Shown in pieces: positions 48,819-59,247 of a DNA stretch of 64,000 nt. Both the position numbers and the translations under genes were made by a program. The DNA is from a candidate division Hyd24-12 bacterium UBA5074. Its GTDB lineage: Bacteria; Fermentibacterota; Fermentibacteria; Fermentibacterales; Fermentibacteraceae. Every line of letters begins with the position of its first letter. The stretch's first letter is position 1. The stretch is taken from NCBI GenBank assembly GCA_002414865.1, contig DIAQ01000033.1:26958-90957 (forward strand). The letters are read 5' to 3'. Below the pieces are notes generated by a model. It worked only from the letters and a program-made list of their open reading frames with translations, was not told the origin of the DNA and made no database searches.

Positions 48819-50511
48819 TCTCTCCGCCAGGAGGAGGTCCGCCAGGCTCAGACTTGCATCGGCGCTGGCAGTGGCGCTGTTCGGCGTCACGATCTGCCGG
48901 ATGGCGCGGCTGCAGCTCATAGAGCACGATGCTTATGCAGCGAAGGCCGAGGCCCAGCACACGCACAGGGTGATTCTCGAGCCGCAGCGCGGGAGGATAT
49001 ACGACAGGAATGGGTTCCTCCTGGCCGGCAACCGTTCCGTAGTGTCGATAGAAGTCTACTGGCCGAACGTGCCGGTAGGCAGCGAGGCCCAGATAGACAG
49101 CCTCTGCCTGAGGCTCTCCGCGGCGGGAGCGGAGGCCAGCAGCCCGGACAGGACGGGCAGGAATCAGATCCTGGCCCGCGACATGCCTTACGAGCAGGCG
49201 CTGGGCATCATCTCCGGCCCGCTGCCGCGCGGAGTGAACTGGACCATCGGCGCCCGGAGGACCTATCCATTGGGAGACGTCGCCGCCGCGGTGATCGGCA
49301 GAGCCGGCACGGGTGGCACGGAGGGCCTCGAGAGGGAGTACGACGGCCTTCTCTCGGGCACGGCGGGCGTCCGGTTCGTTGAGCGCAGCGCCTTTCCCGG
49401 CATGAGCGTGACCGATCCCGAGGCCGACAACATCCCTCCCGTCGACGGGGCCGACCTCCGACTGACGATCGACGCCCGGTTCCAGTGCATCGTCCAGTCC
49501 GAGCTGGAGGCGGCCCTCGAGATGTCCGGCGGGAGCTGGGCCGCCGCGGTGGTCATGGATCCCGACAACGGAGACATCCTGGCCATGGGCAGCTGCCCGG
49601 TCCGCACCGACAACGGCTCGATAGACATGAACCGTTGCGTCGAGAGCATGTCGGAGCCCGGTTCGACCTTCAAGATCGTCACCCTCGCAGCATGCCTGCA
49701 GGAGAGCCTCGTGGCCCTGCAGGACTCGTTCGACTGCAGCAGGGGCATCATCGAGGTCGCTGACAGGACGATCTCCGACTGCCACACCTTCGGGACGCTC
49801 TCGGTGAGGCAGATCATCTCCAACTCGAGCAATGTCGGCACGATCCGGCTAGTCTCCCTGATCCCCGACTCGGTCTTCTTCGACTACTGCAGATCGTTCG
49901 GATTCGGCGCGCCCACGGGAATCGAGCTGCCCGGCGAGCAGTGGGGGATACTCCGGCCCCCGTCCGAGTGGTCGGGCATGTCGAAGGCGAGCATGGCGAT
50001 CGGCCAGGAGGTCGCGGTGACCCCCCTCCAGCTCGCGAGGGCGTTCTGCGTGATCGCCAACGGTGGCAGGCTCGTGCAGCCCCGGCTGGTGGAGGCGAGC
50101 AACACCAGCAGCCACTGGAGGAGCTGGGCGGTCTTCCCCACAAGCCAGGTGCTGGAAGCATCCGTGGCCGACACCATGCGATCAGTCCTCGCCACGGCGG
50201 TGGAATCAGGCACCGGGACGACGGCCGCGGTCGCCGGGGTGACCGTCGCAGGCAAGACCGGCACCGCCGAGCGGCTCGGCTTCGGACGCGGGGCATACCT
50301 CTCCGCGTTCGCCGGCATGATCCCTGCAGAGGACCCGAGGCTCGTCGCCGTGGTGATCATCGACCGCCCGGGTTACATCTACCGTTTCGGAAGCACCCTG
50401 GCAGCCCCCGTCTTCGCGCGCATGATGAGCCGCATCCTCGCCACCGAGCCGGAGCTGGCCTTCGGAGGCCGCGAGCCCGGGTCCCAGCAATCCTGGATGG
50501 CACTCCGGTGA
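48796..50511 (+). CDS. ftsI: Penicillin-binding protein (FtsI/PBP3)
   Basis: RG.IYDRNG, EPGSTFK, SSN, IGQ, GKTGTA. Confidence 0.93.
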   Translation: MPLLLSDDLSARRRSARLRLASALAVALFGVTICRMARLQLIEHDAYAAKAEAQHTHRVILEPQRGRIYDRNGFLLAGNRSVVSIEVYWPNVPVGSEAQIDSLCLRLSAAGAEASSPDRTGRNQILARDMPYEQALGIISGPLPRGVNWTIGARRTYPLGDVAAAVIGRAGTGGTEGLEREYDGLLSGTAGVRFVERSAFPGMSVTDPEADNIPPVDGADLRLTIDARFQCIVQSELEAALEMSGGSWAAAVVMDPDNGDILAMGSCPVRTDNGSIDMNRCVESMSEPGSTFKIVTLAACLQESLVALQDSFDCSRGIIEVADRTISDCHTFGTLSVRQIISNSSNVGTIRLVSLIPDSVFFDYCRSFGFGAPTGIELPGEQWGILRPPSEWSGMSKASMAIGQEVAVTPLQLARAFCVIANGGRLVQPRLVEASNTSSHWRSWAVFPTSQVLEASVADTMRSVLATAVESGTGTTAAVAGVTVAGKTGTAERLGFGRGAYLSAFAGMIPAEDPRLVAVVIIDRPGYIYRFGSTLAAPVFARMMSRILATEPELAFGGREPGSQQSWMALR

Positions 50512-51947
50512 GGCTCGGCGAACTCCTCGGACCCAGCTGCGTGCCTGTTCCGGAGGGTCTCGCCGGCCTGGAGGTCACGGGGCTGGAGAACGACTCCCGG
50601 AGGGTGGCCCCGGGATTCCTCTTCGTGGCCGTGAGGGGATTCACCGAAGACGGGCACGCATATGCGGCCCGGGCCATCGAGGCAGGCGCGTCGGCGGTGC
50701 TGGCCGAGCGCCCCCTCGAGATGCCGTCGTGCATCGTCAATCCCCGCGGAGACAACAGGAGGCTCCTGGGCGAGATCGCCGCCAGGTTCTACGGCAGGCC
50801 CTGGGAGAGCCTCGTCGTGGTCGGCGTGACGGGCACGAACGGGAAGACCTCCACAGCCCACATGATCAGATGGATGCTGGAGCGGCAGGGCCTCAGGTGC
50901 GGACTGCTGGGGACGGTCGGGCATATCGTGGCCGGCAGGGAGGTGGCCGCGTCCGAGACCACTCCCGATGCCCTCGCCCTCGCCCGCCTGTTTTCCGGGA
51001 TGGCGGAGGGCGGCGACGCCGCGGCGGTCATGGAGGTTTCCAGCCACGCCCTGGCTCTCTCGCGGGTCGAGGAGATCCGTTTCGACGCCGCGGTCTTCAC
51101 GAACATCACGCAGGACCATCTCGACTTCCACTCCTCGATGGACGGATACCTCCGCGCCAAGATGCACCTGCTCGACCTGCTCAAGCCTTCCGGGAAGGCG
51201 GTATTCGGGACCTACGCGCCGGGATGGCCCGAGGTATCCGGGGCGGTGACCTTCGGGACCTCGCCGGGAAGCGCCTTCAGGATCTGCGGACTCACCTGCG
51301 ATCCTTCCGGGATCTCGTTTGACATCCAGCACGAGGGGGATTCGGCCAGGGTATCCATGGCCACGCCCGCGAGGGTGAATGCCTACAATTCGGCAGGGGC
51401 CATTGCCGCCTGCGTGACGCTGGGGCTTCCGATGGCGGAGTGCGCCGCCGCTCTCGCCGGTTTCCCGGGAGTGCCGGGAAGGCTCGAGATCATCGGGAAC
51501 GACCGGGGATTCCTGGTCGCCGTCGACTATGCCCATACGCCCGACGCCCTCGAGCGCGTTCTGCGGCAGGCCAGGGAGTTCACGAGGAACAGGCTGGCCG
51601 TCGTATTCGGAGCCGGCGGCGACAGGGACAGGGCCAAGAGGCCCAGGATGGGAGCCATTGCCGCGCGTCTCGCCGACAGGGTCGTGGTCACGAGCGACAA
51701 TCCGCGCACGGAGGATCCTCTCTCGATCATCGGGGAGATACTCGCCGGAATCCCGTCGGGATGCGGCACGGTCTCCGTGGAGTCCGACAGGAGGAAGGCC
51801 ATCCGCATGGCGGTTGAGGGCTCACTCCCCGGCGACGTCGTGATCATCGCCGGCAAGGGGCACGAGGACTACCAGATAGTCGGGCACACCCGTTCGCACT
51901 TCGATGACAGGGAAGAAGCCAGGGCCGCGCTGGAGGCCGGGTCATGA
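50508..51947 (+). CDS. murE: UDP-MurNAc-tripeptide synthetase (mDAP-type)
   Basis: TGTNGKTS, MEVSSH, DHLDFH, VDYAHTPD, DNPR, AGKGHE. Confidence 0.96.
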   Translation: MRLGELLGPSCVPVPEGLAGLEVTGLENDSRRVAPGFLFVAVRGFTEDGHAYAARAIEAGASAVLAERPLEMPSCIVNPRGDNRRLLGEIAARFYGRPWESLVVVGVTGTNGKTSTAHMIRWMLERQGLRCGLLGTVGHIVAGREVAASETTPDALALARLFSGMAEGGDAAAVMEVSSHALALSRVEEIRFDAAVFTNITQDHLDFHSSMDGYLRAKMHLLDLLKPSGKAVFGTYAPGWPEVSGAVTFGTSPGSAFRICGLTCDPSGISFDIQHEGDSARVSMATPARVNAYNSAGAIAACVTLGLPMAECAAALAGFPGVPGRLEIIGNDRGFLVAVDYAHTPDALERVLRQAREFTRNRLAVVFGAGGDRDRAKRPRMGAIAARLADRVVVTSDNPRTEDPLSIIGEILAGIPSGCGTVSVESDRRKAIRMAVEGSLPGDVVIIAGKGHEDYQIVGHTRSHFDDREEARAALEAGS

Positions 51948-53275
51948 ACTTCACCCTCGGCGACCTCGCGCTTTTTTCCGGCGGGGTCATGAGCGGGTCC
52001 GACAGGGCTCTCTCGCAGGCGGTGACGGACTCCAGGAAGGCTTTTCCCGGCTCGGTGTTCTTCGCTCTGAGAGGCTCGAGGGCGGACGGGCACGAGTTCG
52101 TCTCCGGAGCGCTCGCCCTGGGAGCCGCAGCCGTGGTCTCACGCGGGGAGGCTCTCGAAGGCACCGTGCGCGTCGCCTCTGTGGAGAAGGCCCTGCTCGA
52201 CTGCGCCTCCGGCATGCGCTCCAGGATGGAGTTCCCGGTGGTGGCCGTGACAGGATCGAGCGGGAAGACCACCACGCGCGAGATGATCCGCCTGGCCCTC
52301 TCGCCTCGCTACAGGGCCGGCGCCAGCCCGGGGAATCTCAACAACTCCATCGGGCTTCCGCTCTCGCTGCTGAACCTGGACCCGTCCTGCGACGCCGCCG
52401 TTGTCGAGCTGGGCATGAACGCCCCGGGCGAGTTGACCCTGCTGGGCGGGATCGCGCGTCCGGACGTCACGGTGATAACCAACATCGGCACAGCCCACAT
52501 CGAGTTCCTCGGATCAAGGGAGGGCATCGCCGCGGCCAAGGCGGAGCTCCTGGCGCAGACGGCGGAGGGCGGTCTCTGTGTGATACCTTCCGGCGAGCCG
52601 CTGCTCGATGAAGCGGCCGCCTCGAGAGGTCTCAGGATCCTGAGGCACGGGCCCGGCGGAGACGCCTGGCTGGATTCCTCGGGCCCGGTCCCTGTGGCGA
52701 TGCCGTGGGGGCTCCCTGTGCGGCTGCGGATGCCGGGTCTCCACAATTGCGGGAACGCAGTCTGTGCAGCTCTGACCGCATCGGGGCTGGGAATCCCGGC
52801 CGGCCGGGCCCTCGAGGCCTTGAGCTCTCTGGAGCCCTTGGAAGGCAGGGGGAGCGTCTTCGAGGCAGGCCGGTTCAGGGTGATAGACGAGAGCTACAAC
52901 GCCAATCCCGAATCCATGCGAGCCTGCCTGTCCACGCTCGCCGGGATGCCAGGGAACAAGGCCGCGGTCCTTGGGGACATGCTGGAGCTGGGCCCGCGCT
53001 CAGCGGCAGAGCACGAGGAGCTTCTGCGCTCGGCGGACCTACTCGGCCTGACAGCCCTCGTGCTGGTGGGCGACGGCATGGCGTCGGCCTCCCCTGCGGC
53101 ATCCAGGACCAGGGTCCTGCTCGCGCACGACTGGCAGGGCGCCCTGGAGCAGCTCGGAAGGATCGGAGGCGAGCTGACGCTGCTCGTGAAGGGCAGCCAT
53201 TCCATCGGGCTCGAGAGCCTTGTCGAGGCTCTGCGGACGGAGGGGAAATGCTGTACTGGCTGCTGTATCCGCTGA
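51944..53275 (+). CDS. murF: UDP-MurNAc-pentapeptide synthetase
   Basis: TGSSGKTT, NN.IGLP, ELGM, YNANPES, LGDMLELG, LVKGS. Confidence 0.95.
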   Translation: MNFTLGDLALFSGGVMSGSDRALSQAVTDSRKAFPGSVFFALRGSRADGHEFVSGALALGAAAVVSRGEALEGTVRVASVEKALLDCASGMRSRMEFPVVAVTGSSGKTTTREMIRLALSPRYRAGASPGNLNNSIGLPLSLLNLDPSCDAAVVELGMNAPGELTLLGGIARPDVTVITNIGTAHIEFLGSREGIAAAKAELLAQTAEGGLCVIPSGEPLLDEAAASRGLRILRHGPGGDAWLDSSGPVPVAMPWGLPVRLRMPGLHNCGNAVCAALTASGLGIPAGRALEALSSLEPLEGRGSVFEAGRFRVIDESYNANPESMRACLSTLAGMPGNKAAVLGDMLELGPRSAAEHEELLRSADLLGLTALVLVGDGMASASPAASRTRVLLAHDWQGALEQLGRIGGELTLLVKGSHSIGLESLVEALRTEGKCCTGCCIR

Positions 53276-54402
53276 GGGACAGCATCTCTCTATTCAACCT
53301 GTTCGGGTACATCACCTTCAGGGCAGCCTATGCGACAGTTACCGCCCTGCTGATAGCGTTCTTCATCGGCCCCGTCATCATCAGGTTCCTCAGGAAGAGG
53401 CAGATCGGGCAGCACGAGAGAAGCGACGGCCCCGGCACCCATCTCGTCAAGGAGGGCACTCCCACGATGGGAGGGCTGATCATCCTGCTCTCGGTGATCG
53501 TGCCCACCCTCCTCTGGGGCAGGCTCGACAACCAGTACCTGCTGCTCGTGCTCGTGAGCACCGTTTGGATGGGCCTCATAGGGCTCCTGGACGACTATCT
53601 GAAGGTCATGAGACACTGCTCGAAGGGTCTCATCGGGAGATACAAGCTGATAGGACAGTTCGCACTCGGCCTCGCTGTCGGCTGCTGGCTGTACTTCGCG
53701 CCGCTCGCGGGGAACGCCTCGCCCGGACCCGGTGTCGCCCCGGGCATCCACACCGTGGACCTCGAGCAGGGCGAGACCTCGATCTCCCCGAGCGAGACGA
53801 CGGTGCCGTTCGTGAAGCAGGCTCGGATCGACTTCGGCATCCTCTACATCGCCTTCGTGGCCCTGGTGCTGGCCGGTACCTCGAATGCGGTCAACCTCAC
53901 CGACGGCCTGGACGGGCTCGCCACGGGGACGAGCCTGGTCTCCATCATGACATTCGGAGTGATGGCCTACCTGCTGGGGAATGCGCGTTTCGCGTCCTAT
54001 CTGCAGTTCCCGTTCCTGCTGGGGGCGGGGGAGCTCGCCGTGTTCGCCGGGGCCGCCGCAGGGGCGTGCCTCGGATTCCTCTGGTTCAATGCGCCTCCCG
54101 CATCGGTCTTCATGGGCGATACGGGGTCGCTGGCGCTCGGCGGCGCCATCGGGGCTCTGGCCGTGGCGACCAAGAGCGAGCTCCTGCTGGCGATCGTGGG
54201 CGGGATCTTCGTGATCGAGGTGCTGAGCGTGACGATCCAGGTGGGCCACTTCAGGCGCACCGGGCGCCGCATCTTCAGGATGGCCCCCATCCACCATCAT
54301 TTCGAGCTCCTCGGATGGTCCGAGAGCAAGGTCGTCATAAGGTTCTGGATCGTGGCCGCTCTGCTCGGACTGCTCGGGCTGAGCACGCTCAAGATCCGAT
54401 AG
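53248..54402 (+). CDS. mraY: Phospho-N-acetylmuramoyl-pentapeptide transferase
   Basis: K.GTPTMGG, DDYLK, NAVNLTDGLDGL, FMGDTGSL, MAPIHHHFE. Confidence 0.97.
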   Translation: MLYWLLYPLRDSISLFNLFGYITFRAAYATVTALLIAFFIGPVIIRFLRKRQIGQHERSDGPGTHLVKEGTPTMGGLIILLSVIVPTLLWGRLDNQYLLLVLVSTVWMGLIGLLDDYLKVMRHCSKGLIGRYKLIGQFALGLAVGCWLYFAPLAGNASPGPGVAPGIHTVDLEQGETSISPSETTVPFVKQARIDFGILYIAFVALVLAGTSNAVNLTDGLDGLATGTSLVSIMTFGVMAYLLGNARFASYLQFPFLLGAGELAVFAGAAAGACLGFLWFNAPPASVFMGDTGSLALGGAIGALAVATKSELLLAIVGGIFVIEVLSVTIQVGHFRRTGRRIFRMAPIHHHFELLGWSESKVVIRFWIVAALLGLLGLSTLKIR

Positions 54403-54411
54403 GAAGAAGCG

Positions 54412-55755
54412 ATGCCTCGATACTGGACCGAGGGGGAGGGCAGGAGGGTCGGAGTCGCCGGGCTCGGGAAGAGCGGCAGGGCGGCGGCACGCCTCCTCGC
54501 CGGGAAAGGCTTCACCGTCATCGGATACGACGACAACCCCGCTGTCGAGCCCTGCGAGTGCTGCTCGGAGAACTACATCGGGGGAGGCGGCTTCGAAGCG
54601 CTCCCGACCCTCGAGGGGATAGTCCTCTCGCCGGGGATCGGCCCTTCGGCTCCCATCCCGGCGGCCGCGGCCGCGGCGGGGCTCCCCGTCATAGGCGAGA
54701 TCGAGCTGGCGTTCCGCAACACCCAGGTCCCGATCCTCGCGGTCACCGGATCCAACGGGAAGACCACAACGGCCGAATGGACAGGCTTCATCCTGAGGAA
54801 GGCCGGCCTGCGGGCGGTGGTCGCGGGGAACGTCGGCTACCCCTTCACAGCGGCGGTGCTCGATCATCCCAGCCTGGACTGGTTCGTGCTGGAGGTCAGC
54901 AGCTACCAGCTGGAGACCATCGACAAGTTCAGGCCCGCCGGAGCGGCGGTGCTCAACCTGACCCCCGACCACCTCCAGCGGCACGGGAACATGGAGGGCT
55001 ATCGGAACGCCAAGGCCCGCATCTTCATGAATCAGCACTCCGAGGATCTGGCAATCCTGAACGCGGATGACCCGGAATCGGCTCCGCTCCTCGGGCTGGC
55101 CCGCGGCATCGAAGGGCTCTTCAGCCTGTCGAGGAGCGTGGAGACCGGCGCATTCCTGGAGGACGGGCAGATCATCCAGGCCTGGGGAGGGGAGAGGACG
55201 GCGCTGCTCCCGGCATCGGGGATCTCCATCCCGGGACTGCACAACGTCGCCAACGCCCTCGCGTCGATCTGCCTCGCGGCGCGCACGGGGATCCCGGGCT
55301 CCGCGATGCTCGAAGGCCTGAAGACATTCCCAGGGGTGGCGCACAGGATAGAGCGGATCAGGTCCCTGGGCGGCGTCGAGTGGGTGAACGACTCCAAGTC
55401 GACCAATCAGGACTCTCTCAGAGTGGCGCTCGAGAGCTTCGGTGCGAGAGTCATCCTCATCGCCGGGGGGCTCTCAAAGGGCACCGACTACGGCTCGCTC
55501 AGGGCGCTGGTAGCTGAGAAGGTGCGGCATCTGGTGCTCATCGGGAGCGCTGCGGAGGAACTCGCCGAAGCCTGGGAAGGAGCCGCTCCCGTGACGCGCG
55601 CCGGAGACCTCGCCAGGGCGGTGGGAGTCTGCCGCGAGCTGGCCGGTCCAGGAGACACCGTGCTCCTCTCTCCCGCCTGCGCCAGCTTCGACCAGTACAG
55701 GAACTTCGAGGAGCGTGGAGATCACTTCCGCAGGCTCGTGGAGGAGCTTTCCTGA
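54412..55755 (+). CDS. murD: UDP-MurNAc-L-Ala:D-Glu ligase
   Basis: GLGKSG, SPGI, TGSNGKTT, EVSSYQL, NDSKSTN, SPACASFD. Confidence 0.96.
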   Translation: MPRYWTEGEGRRVGVAGLGKSGRAAARLLAGKGFTVIGYDDNPAVEPCECCSENYIGGGGFEALPTLEGIVLSPGIGPSAPIPAAAAAAGLPVIGEIELAFRNTQVPILAVTGSNGKTTTAEWTGFILRKAGLRAVVAGNVGYPFTAAVLDHPSLDWFVLEVSSYQLETIDKFRPAGAAVLNLTPDHLQRHGNMEGYRNAKARIFMNQHSEDLAILNADDPESAPLLGLARGIEGLFSLSRSVETGAFLEDGQIIQAWGGERTALLPASGISIPGLHNVANALASICLAARTGIPGSAMLEGLKTFPGVAHRIERIRSLGGVEWVNDSKSTNQDSLRVALESFGARVILIAGGLSKGTDYGSLRALVAEKVRHLVLIGSAAEELAEAWEGAAPVTRAGDLARAVGVCRELAGPGDTVLLSPACASFDQYRNFEERGDHFRRLVEELS

Positions 55756-56858
55756 TGCGGATCCGGGTGAGCTCCGACGGGCGCGCGCTGATCTTCCTCA
55801 CGGCGGGCCTGCTCGTGGCCGGGGCGATGGCGGTGCTCTCCGCCAGCTCGTTCGCGGCCATGAAGACCTTCGGGAACACCCATCAGTACTTCGTCGGGCA
55901 CCTCGTCAGGGTCCTGATCGGCATACTCTGCGCCCTTGCAGCCTGGAGGATCCCCCTCTCGGCGTGGAGGCTCGTCTCGGTCCCGCTCTATCTGGTCTCG
56001 GTCCTGCTAGTGCTCCTGACCGCCATACCGGGCTTCCCGCTCGCCCCGGCGGTGAACGGGTCGAGCCGCTGGCTGGTCCTGGGTTCCTTCAGGATCATGC
56101 CGTCCGACCTCGTCAGGTTCTCGTACATCCTGATGATATCTACACTCACTGCAAGAGGTTTCATTGCGCCGAGGAAGTTCTCAGGCGTCCTCTTCACGGC
56201 CGGTACCGCCCTGCTCCCGGCAGCCCTGGTGATACTGCAGCCCGACTTCGCGGGAGCCGCCTACCTGCTCGTCATGATGGTGGTGATGCTGTACTTCGCC
56301 GAGTCCAGATTCAGGCACATGGCGGTCCTGTTCGTCGCTCTCGCCTGCCTCGGAGCCGCCTTCGTCCTGACCTCGGGATACAGGGTCGAGCGAGTCCGTG
56401 GCTGGCTGGACCAGGAGGCCGGCATCCAGGAGGAGAATTTCCAGCCGCAGCAGGCCTGCATTGCGATAGGCAGCGGAGGCCTCCTGGGGAGGGGGCTCGG
56501 CAGGGGGAGGCAGCAGAGGGGCTTCCTGCCCGAGGCATTCTCTGATTTCATCCTCGCGGTGATCGGCGAGGAGACCGGGTTCGTCGGGACCACGGTCCTG
56601 ATATCAGCCTTCATCGCCCTCGCTCTGCTGGGATGGAGGATCGCCGAAAGGGCTGATGACACCTTCGGCTCGCTGGCCGCGGCGGGGCTGACCGCTTCCA
56701 TCGCCATCGGAGCCCTGCTCAACATCGGTGTTGCCACGAGGCTCCTCCCAACCACGGGGATGACTCTCCCGCTGATCTCGTGGGGCGGCACGAGCATCTT
56801 CATGACGCTTGCCGGGATCGGCGTGATCGCCAGGATCTCGGGGGGCAAGGCGTCGTGA
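55755..56858 (+). CDS. ftsW: SEDS family peptidoglycan glycosyltransferase FtsW
   Basis: NG..RW, QPD, LPEAFSDFI, P.TG.TLPLIS.GG. Confidence 0.93.
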   Translation: MRIRVSSDGRALIFLTAGLLVAGAMAVLSASSFAAMKTFGNTHQYFVGHLVRVLIGILCALAAWRIPLSAWRLVSVPLYLVSVLLVLLTAIPGFPLAPAVNGSSRWLVLGSFRIMPSDLVRFSYILMISTLTARGFIAPRKFSGVLFTAGTALLPAALVILQPDFAGAAYLLVMMVVMLYFAESRFRHMAVLFVALACLGAAFVLTSGYRVERVRGWLDQEAGIQEENFQPQQACIAIGSGGLLGRGLGRGRQQRGFLPEAFSDFILAVIGEETGFVGTTVLISAFIALALLGWRIAERADDTFGSLAAAGLTASIAIGALLNIGVATRLLPTTGMTLPLISWGGTSIFMTLAGIGVIARISGGKAS

Positions 56859-57934
56859 GGCTTCTGCTGGCGGGAGGGGGCACGGGAGGGCACATAGCGC
56901 CCGCGCTGGCCGTGGCGGAGGCCCTCGAGAGGGACTTCCCGGGCGTGGAGATACTCTTCGCAGCGACGCCGAGGCCGGTCGATGCGGCCATGTACGCAGC
57001 GCAGGCCTCGAGGCTCAGGATCCTCGATCCCCCGAGGCTTGATGGAGGCATGGCGGCCAAGCTTCTCCTGCCCCTGAGGGCCTCGTCCGCCCTCTCGGCG
57101 GCGCACAGAGTGGTCTCCGGCTTCCGCCCCGACGCCGTCCTCGCCACAGGAGGTTACTCGTCTTTCTTCTGCGTCCTGGCGGGATGGCTGGACGGGGTGC
57201 CCGTCCTGGTCCACGAATCGAACGCCGTGCCCGGGATGGCCAATCGCAGGGCCGCCCGCTTCGCGCGGAAGGCGCTCGTCGGATTCGAATCGGCTTCGAG
57301 CGCCTTCGGGCGCAAGGCGATTTTCACGGGCAATCCTGTCAGGCCCTCGCTGGTGCCGGTCGATGCCGGCGCGGCCAGGGCTTCCATGGGCCTGGACCCG
57401 GCCGTTCCCGTGGTCCTCGTGCTGGGAGGCAGCCAGGGGGCTTCCGCCCTGAACGACCTGGCCCTCGCAGGTGCGGGGGGCGAGGTCCAGATAATCCTCC
57501 AGTGCGGCGAGCGGGATGCAGCGAGGGTCTCGACCCGGTCATCCGGTCTCGGCTCCTTCGTCGTGACGCCGTTCGCGACCGATCCCGCCCCGCTCTACTC
57601 GGCCGCCGATTTCTGCGTCGCGCGCGCCGGTGCGATGACGATCGCCGAACTCTCGAGGTTCGGGCTGCCCTGCATCCTGGTCCCGTACCCCCACGCCGCG
57701 GGCGACCACCAGACTGCAAACGCCGCCGAAGTCGAACGGGCGGGCGGCGGCCTGCTCCGGCCCGAAGCCTCCCTGGACGCCGTGGCGCTCTGGGCGGAGA
57801 TAGGCTCGATCATTTCGGACCGCGGCAGACTGGCTTCGATGTCCTCGGCCATGAAGGCGATGTCTCCCGGCGACCCGGCCGGACTCGTCGCGAAGCTCCT
57901 GGTCGGAGAGGCGGGAGGTTCCCCGAAGTCATGA
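56855..57934 (+). CDS. murG: Lipid II GlcNAc transferase
   Basis: AGGGTGGH, GGY, HESN..PG.AN, GNPVR, GGSQGA, RAGA.T, HQ..NA. Confidence 0.96.
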   Translation: MRLLLAGGGTGGHIAPALAVAEALERDFPGVEILFAATPRPVDAAMYAAQASRLRILDPPRLDGGMAAKLLLPLRASSALSAAHRVVSGFRPDAVLATGGYSSFFCVLAGWLDGVPVLVHESNAVPGMANRRAARFARKALVGFESASSAFGRKAIFTGNPVRPSLVPVDAGAARASMGLDPAVPVVLVLGGSQGASALNDLALAGAGGEVQIILQCGERDAARVSTRSSGLGSFVVTPFATDPAPLYSAADFCVARAGAMTIAELSRFGLPCILVPYPHAAGDHQTANAAEVERAGGGLLRPEASLDAVALWAEIGSIISDRGRLASMSSAMKAMSPGDPAGLVAKLLVGEAGGSPKS

Positions 57935-59247
57935 GAGCTCATCTGGTGGGCATTTCGGGAAGCGGCATGAGCGGCCTCGCAGCGTGGCTCGCCGCTCTGG
58001 GATGGGAAGTCGACGGCTGCGACAGGAGCCCGGGAGGCGACAGGCATCTCGCGGAGCTCGGGATAGAAGTGGAGAGGGGCCACTCCTCCGGGCACGTCGA
58101 GGGCGCCTCGCTGGTCATCCATTCGGCTGCGGTCGACACGGGCTGTGCAGAGCTGGAGAGCGCCAGGAAGCTGGGCGCCAGGGTTCTGAGGAGGGGGGAG
58201 GCCCTCGCAGATCTCTGCGCCGGGAGGCGGGTGCTCGCGGTGGCGGGGGCGCACGGCAAGACCACCACCACGGCGATCACAGGCTGGATACTCCAGCAGC
58301 TCGGCCTCGACCCGCTGGTCCTCGCCGGAGGACGGGTCAGGGGCTGGCAGGGCGGCTTCAGAATGGGCTCCGGGGTGGCCGTGATCGAGGCGGACGAATA
58401 CGACAGGGCCTTCCTGAGGCTGCCGCACGAGCTGGCCGCAGTCACCTCCTACGACCTCGAGCACCTCGAGTGCTACGGCGGGCCCGACCAGTTGCACACC
58501 GCATTCCAGATCTTCCTGGAGCTGACAGCTCCCGGAGGTTCCGTAGTCGTGCCTGTCGAGAACAGGGACCTGGCGCACTGGGCTGCGAGGATCGGCAGGA
58601 GGGTGCTGACAGCAGGTCCCGGAGGCGACTGCGACTGCAGGAGCAGGGGCGCTTCCAGCTGGGGAGAGGTCTTCGACGCAGGCGGCGCCACAGGTCTGCT
58701 CCCCGTCCCAGGCCTCCAGAATCTCAGGAACCTGTCCACCGCCATGGCCGCGCTCTCCGCCCTCGGCGTGGGGACGAAGGAGGCCGCGGCCGCGGTCAGG
58801 GGCTTCCCGGGCGTGGGACGCAGGCTGGAGCGGCTGGGAAGGTTCGCCGGGCGGTTGATAATCTCCGACTACGCCCACCATCCCGCCGAGATGACCGCAT
58901 CCCTCGAGGCGCTGCGAAGAGCCTGCGGCGGAGAGAGTCTGGCAGTTGTGTTCGAGCCCCATCTCTACTCCCGCACCGCGAGGCTTGCCGGCGAGATGGG
59001 GACCGCGCTCGGTCTCGCCGACTCCAGCGCCGTGCTCCCGGTCTTCGGCGCCCGCGAGGAGCCGCTCGCGGGGGTCGACAGCTCTCTCGTCGTATCAGCC
59101 GCGAGGAGGGCCGGGGCCGAATGCTCCGCCTGCCCTCCGGAGGAGGTTCCCGGATTCGTGAGATCCGTCAGCGCCGGAGTCGTCGTCTTCATGGGAGCGG
59201 GGAACAGCGATTCGATCGCCAGGTCCCTGCCGCTGGAGCCCCTGTGA
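57931..59247 (+). CDS. murC: UDP-MurNAc:L-Ala ligase
   Basis: GISGSGMS, G.HGKTTTT, EADEYD, DYAHHP.E, F.PH.YSRT, MGAG. Confidence 0.94.
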   Translation: MRAHLVGISGSGMSGLAAWLAALGWEVDGCDRSPGGDRHLAELGIEVERGHSSGHVEGASLVIHSAAVDTGCAELESARKLGARVLRRGEALADLCAGRRVLAVAGAHGKTTTTAITGWILQQLGLDPLVLAGGRVRGWQGGFRMGSGVAVIEADEYDRAFLRLPHELAAVTSYDLEHLECYGGPDQLHTAFQIFLELTAPGGSVVVPVENRDLAHWAARIGRRVLTAGPGGDCDCRSRGASSWGEVFDAGGATGLLPVPGLQNLRNLSTAMAALSALGVGTKEAAAAVRGFPGVGRRLERLGRFAGRLIISDYAHHPAEMTASLEALRRACGGESLAVVFEPHLYSRTARLAGEMGTALGLADSSAVLPVFGAREEPLAGVDSSLVVSAARRAGAECSACPPEEVPGFVRSVSAGVVVFMGAGNSDSIARSLPLEPL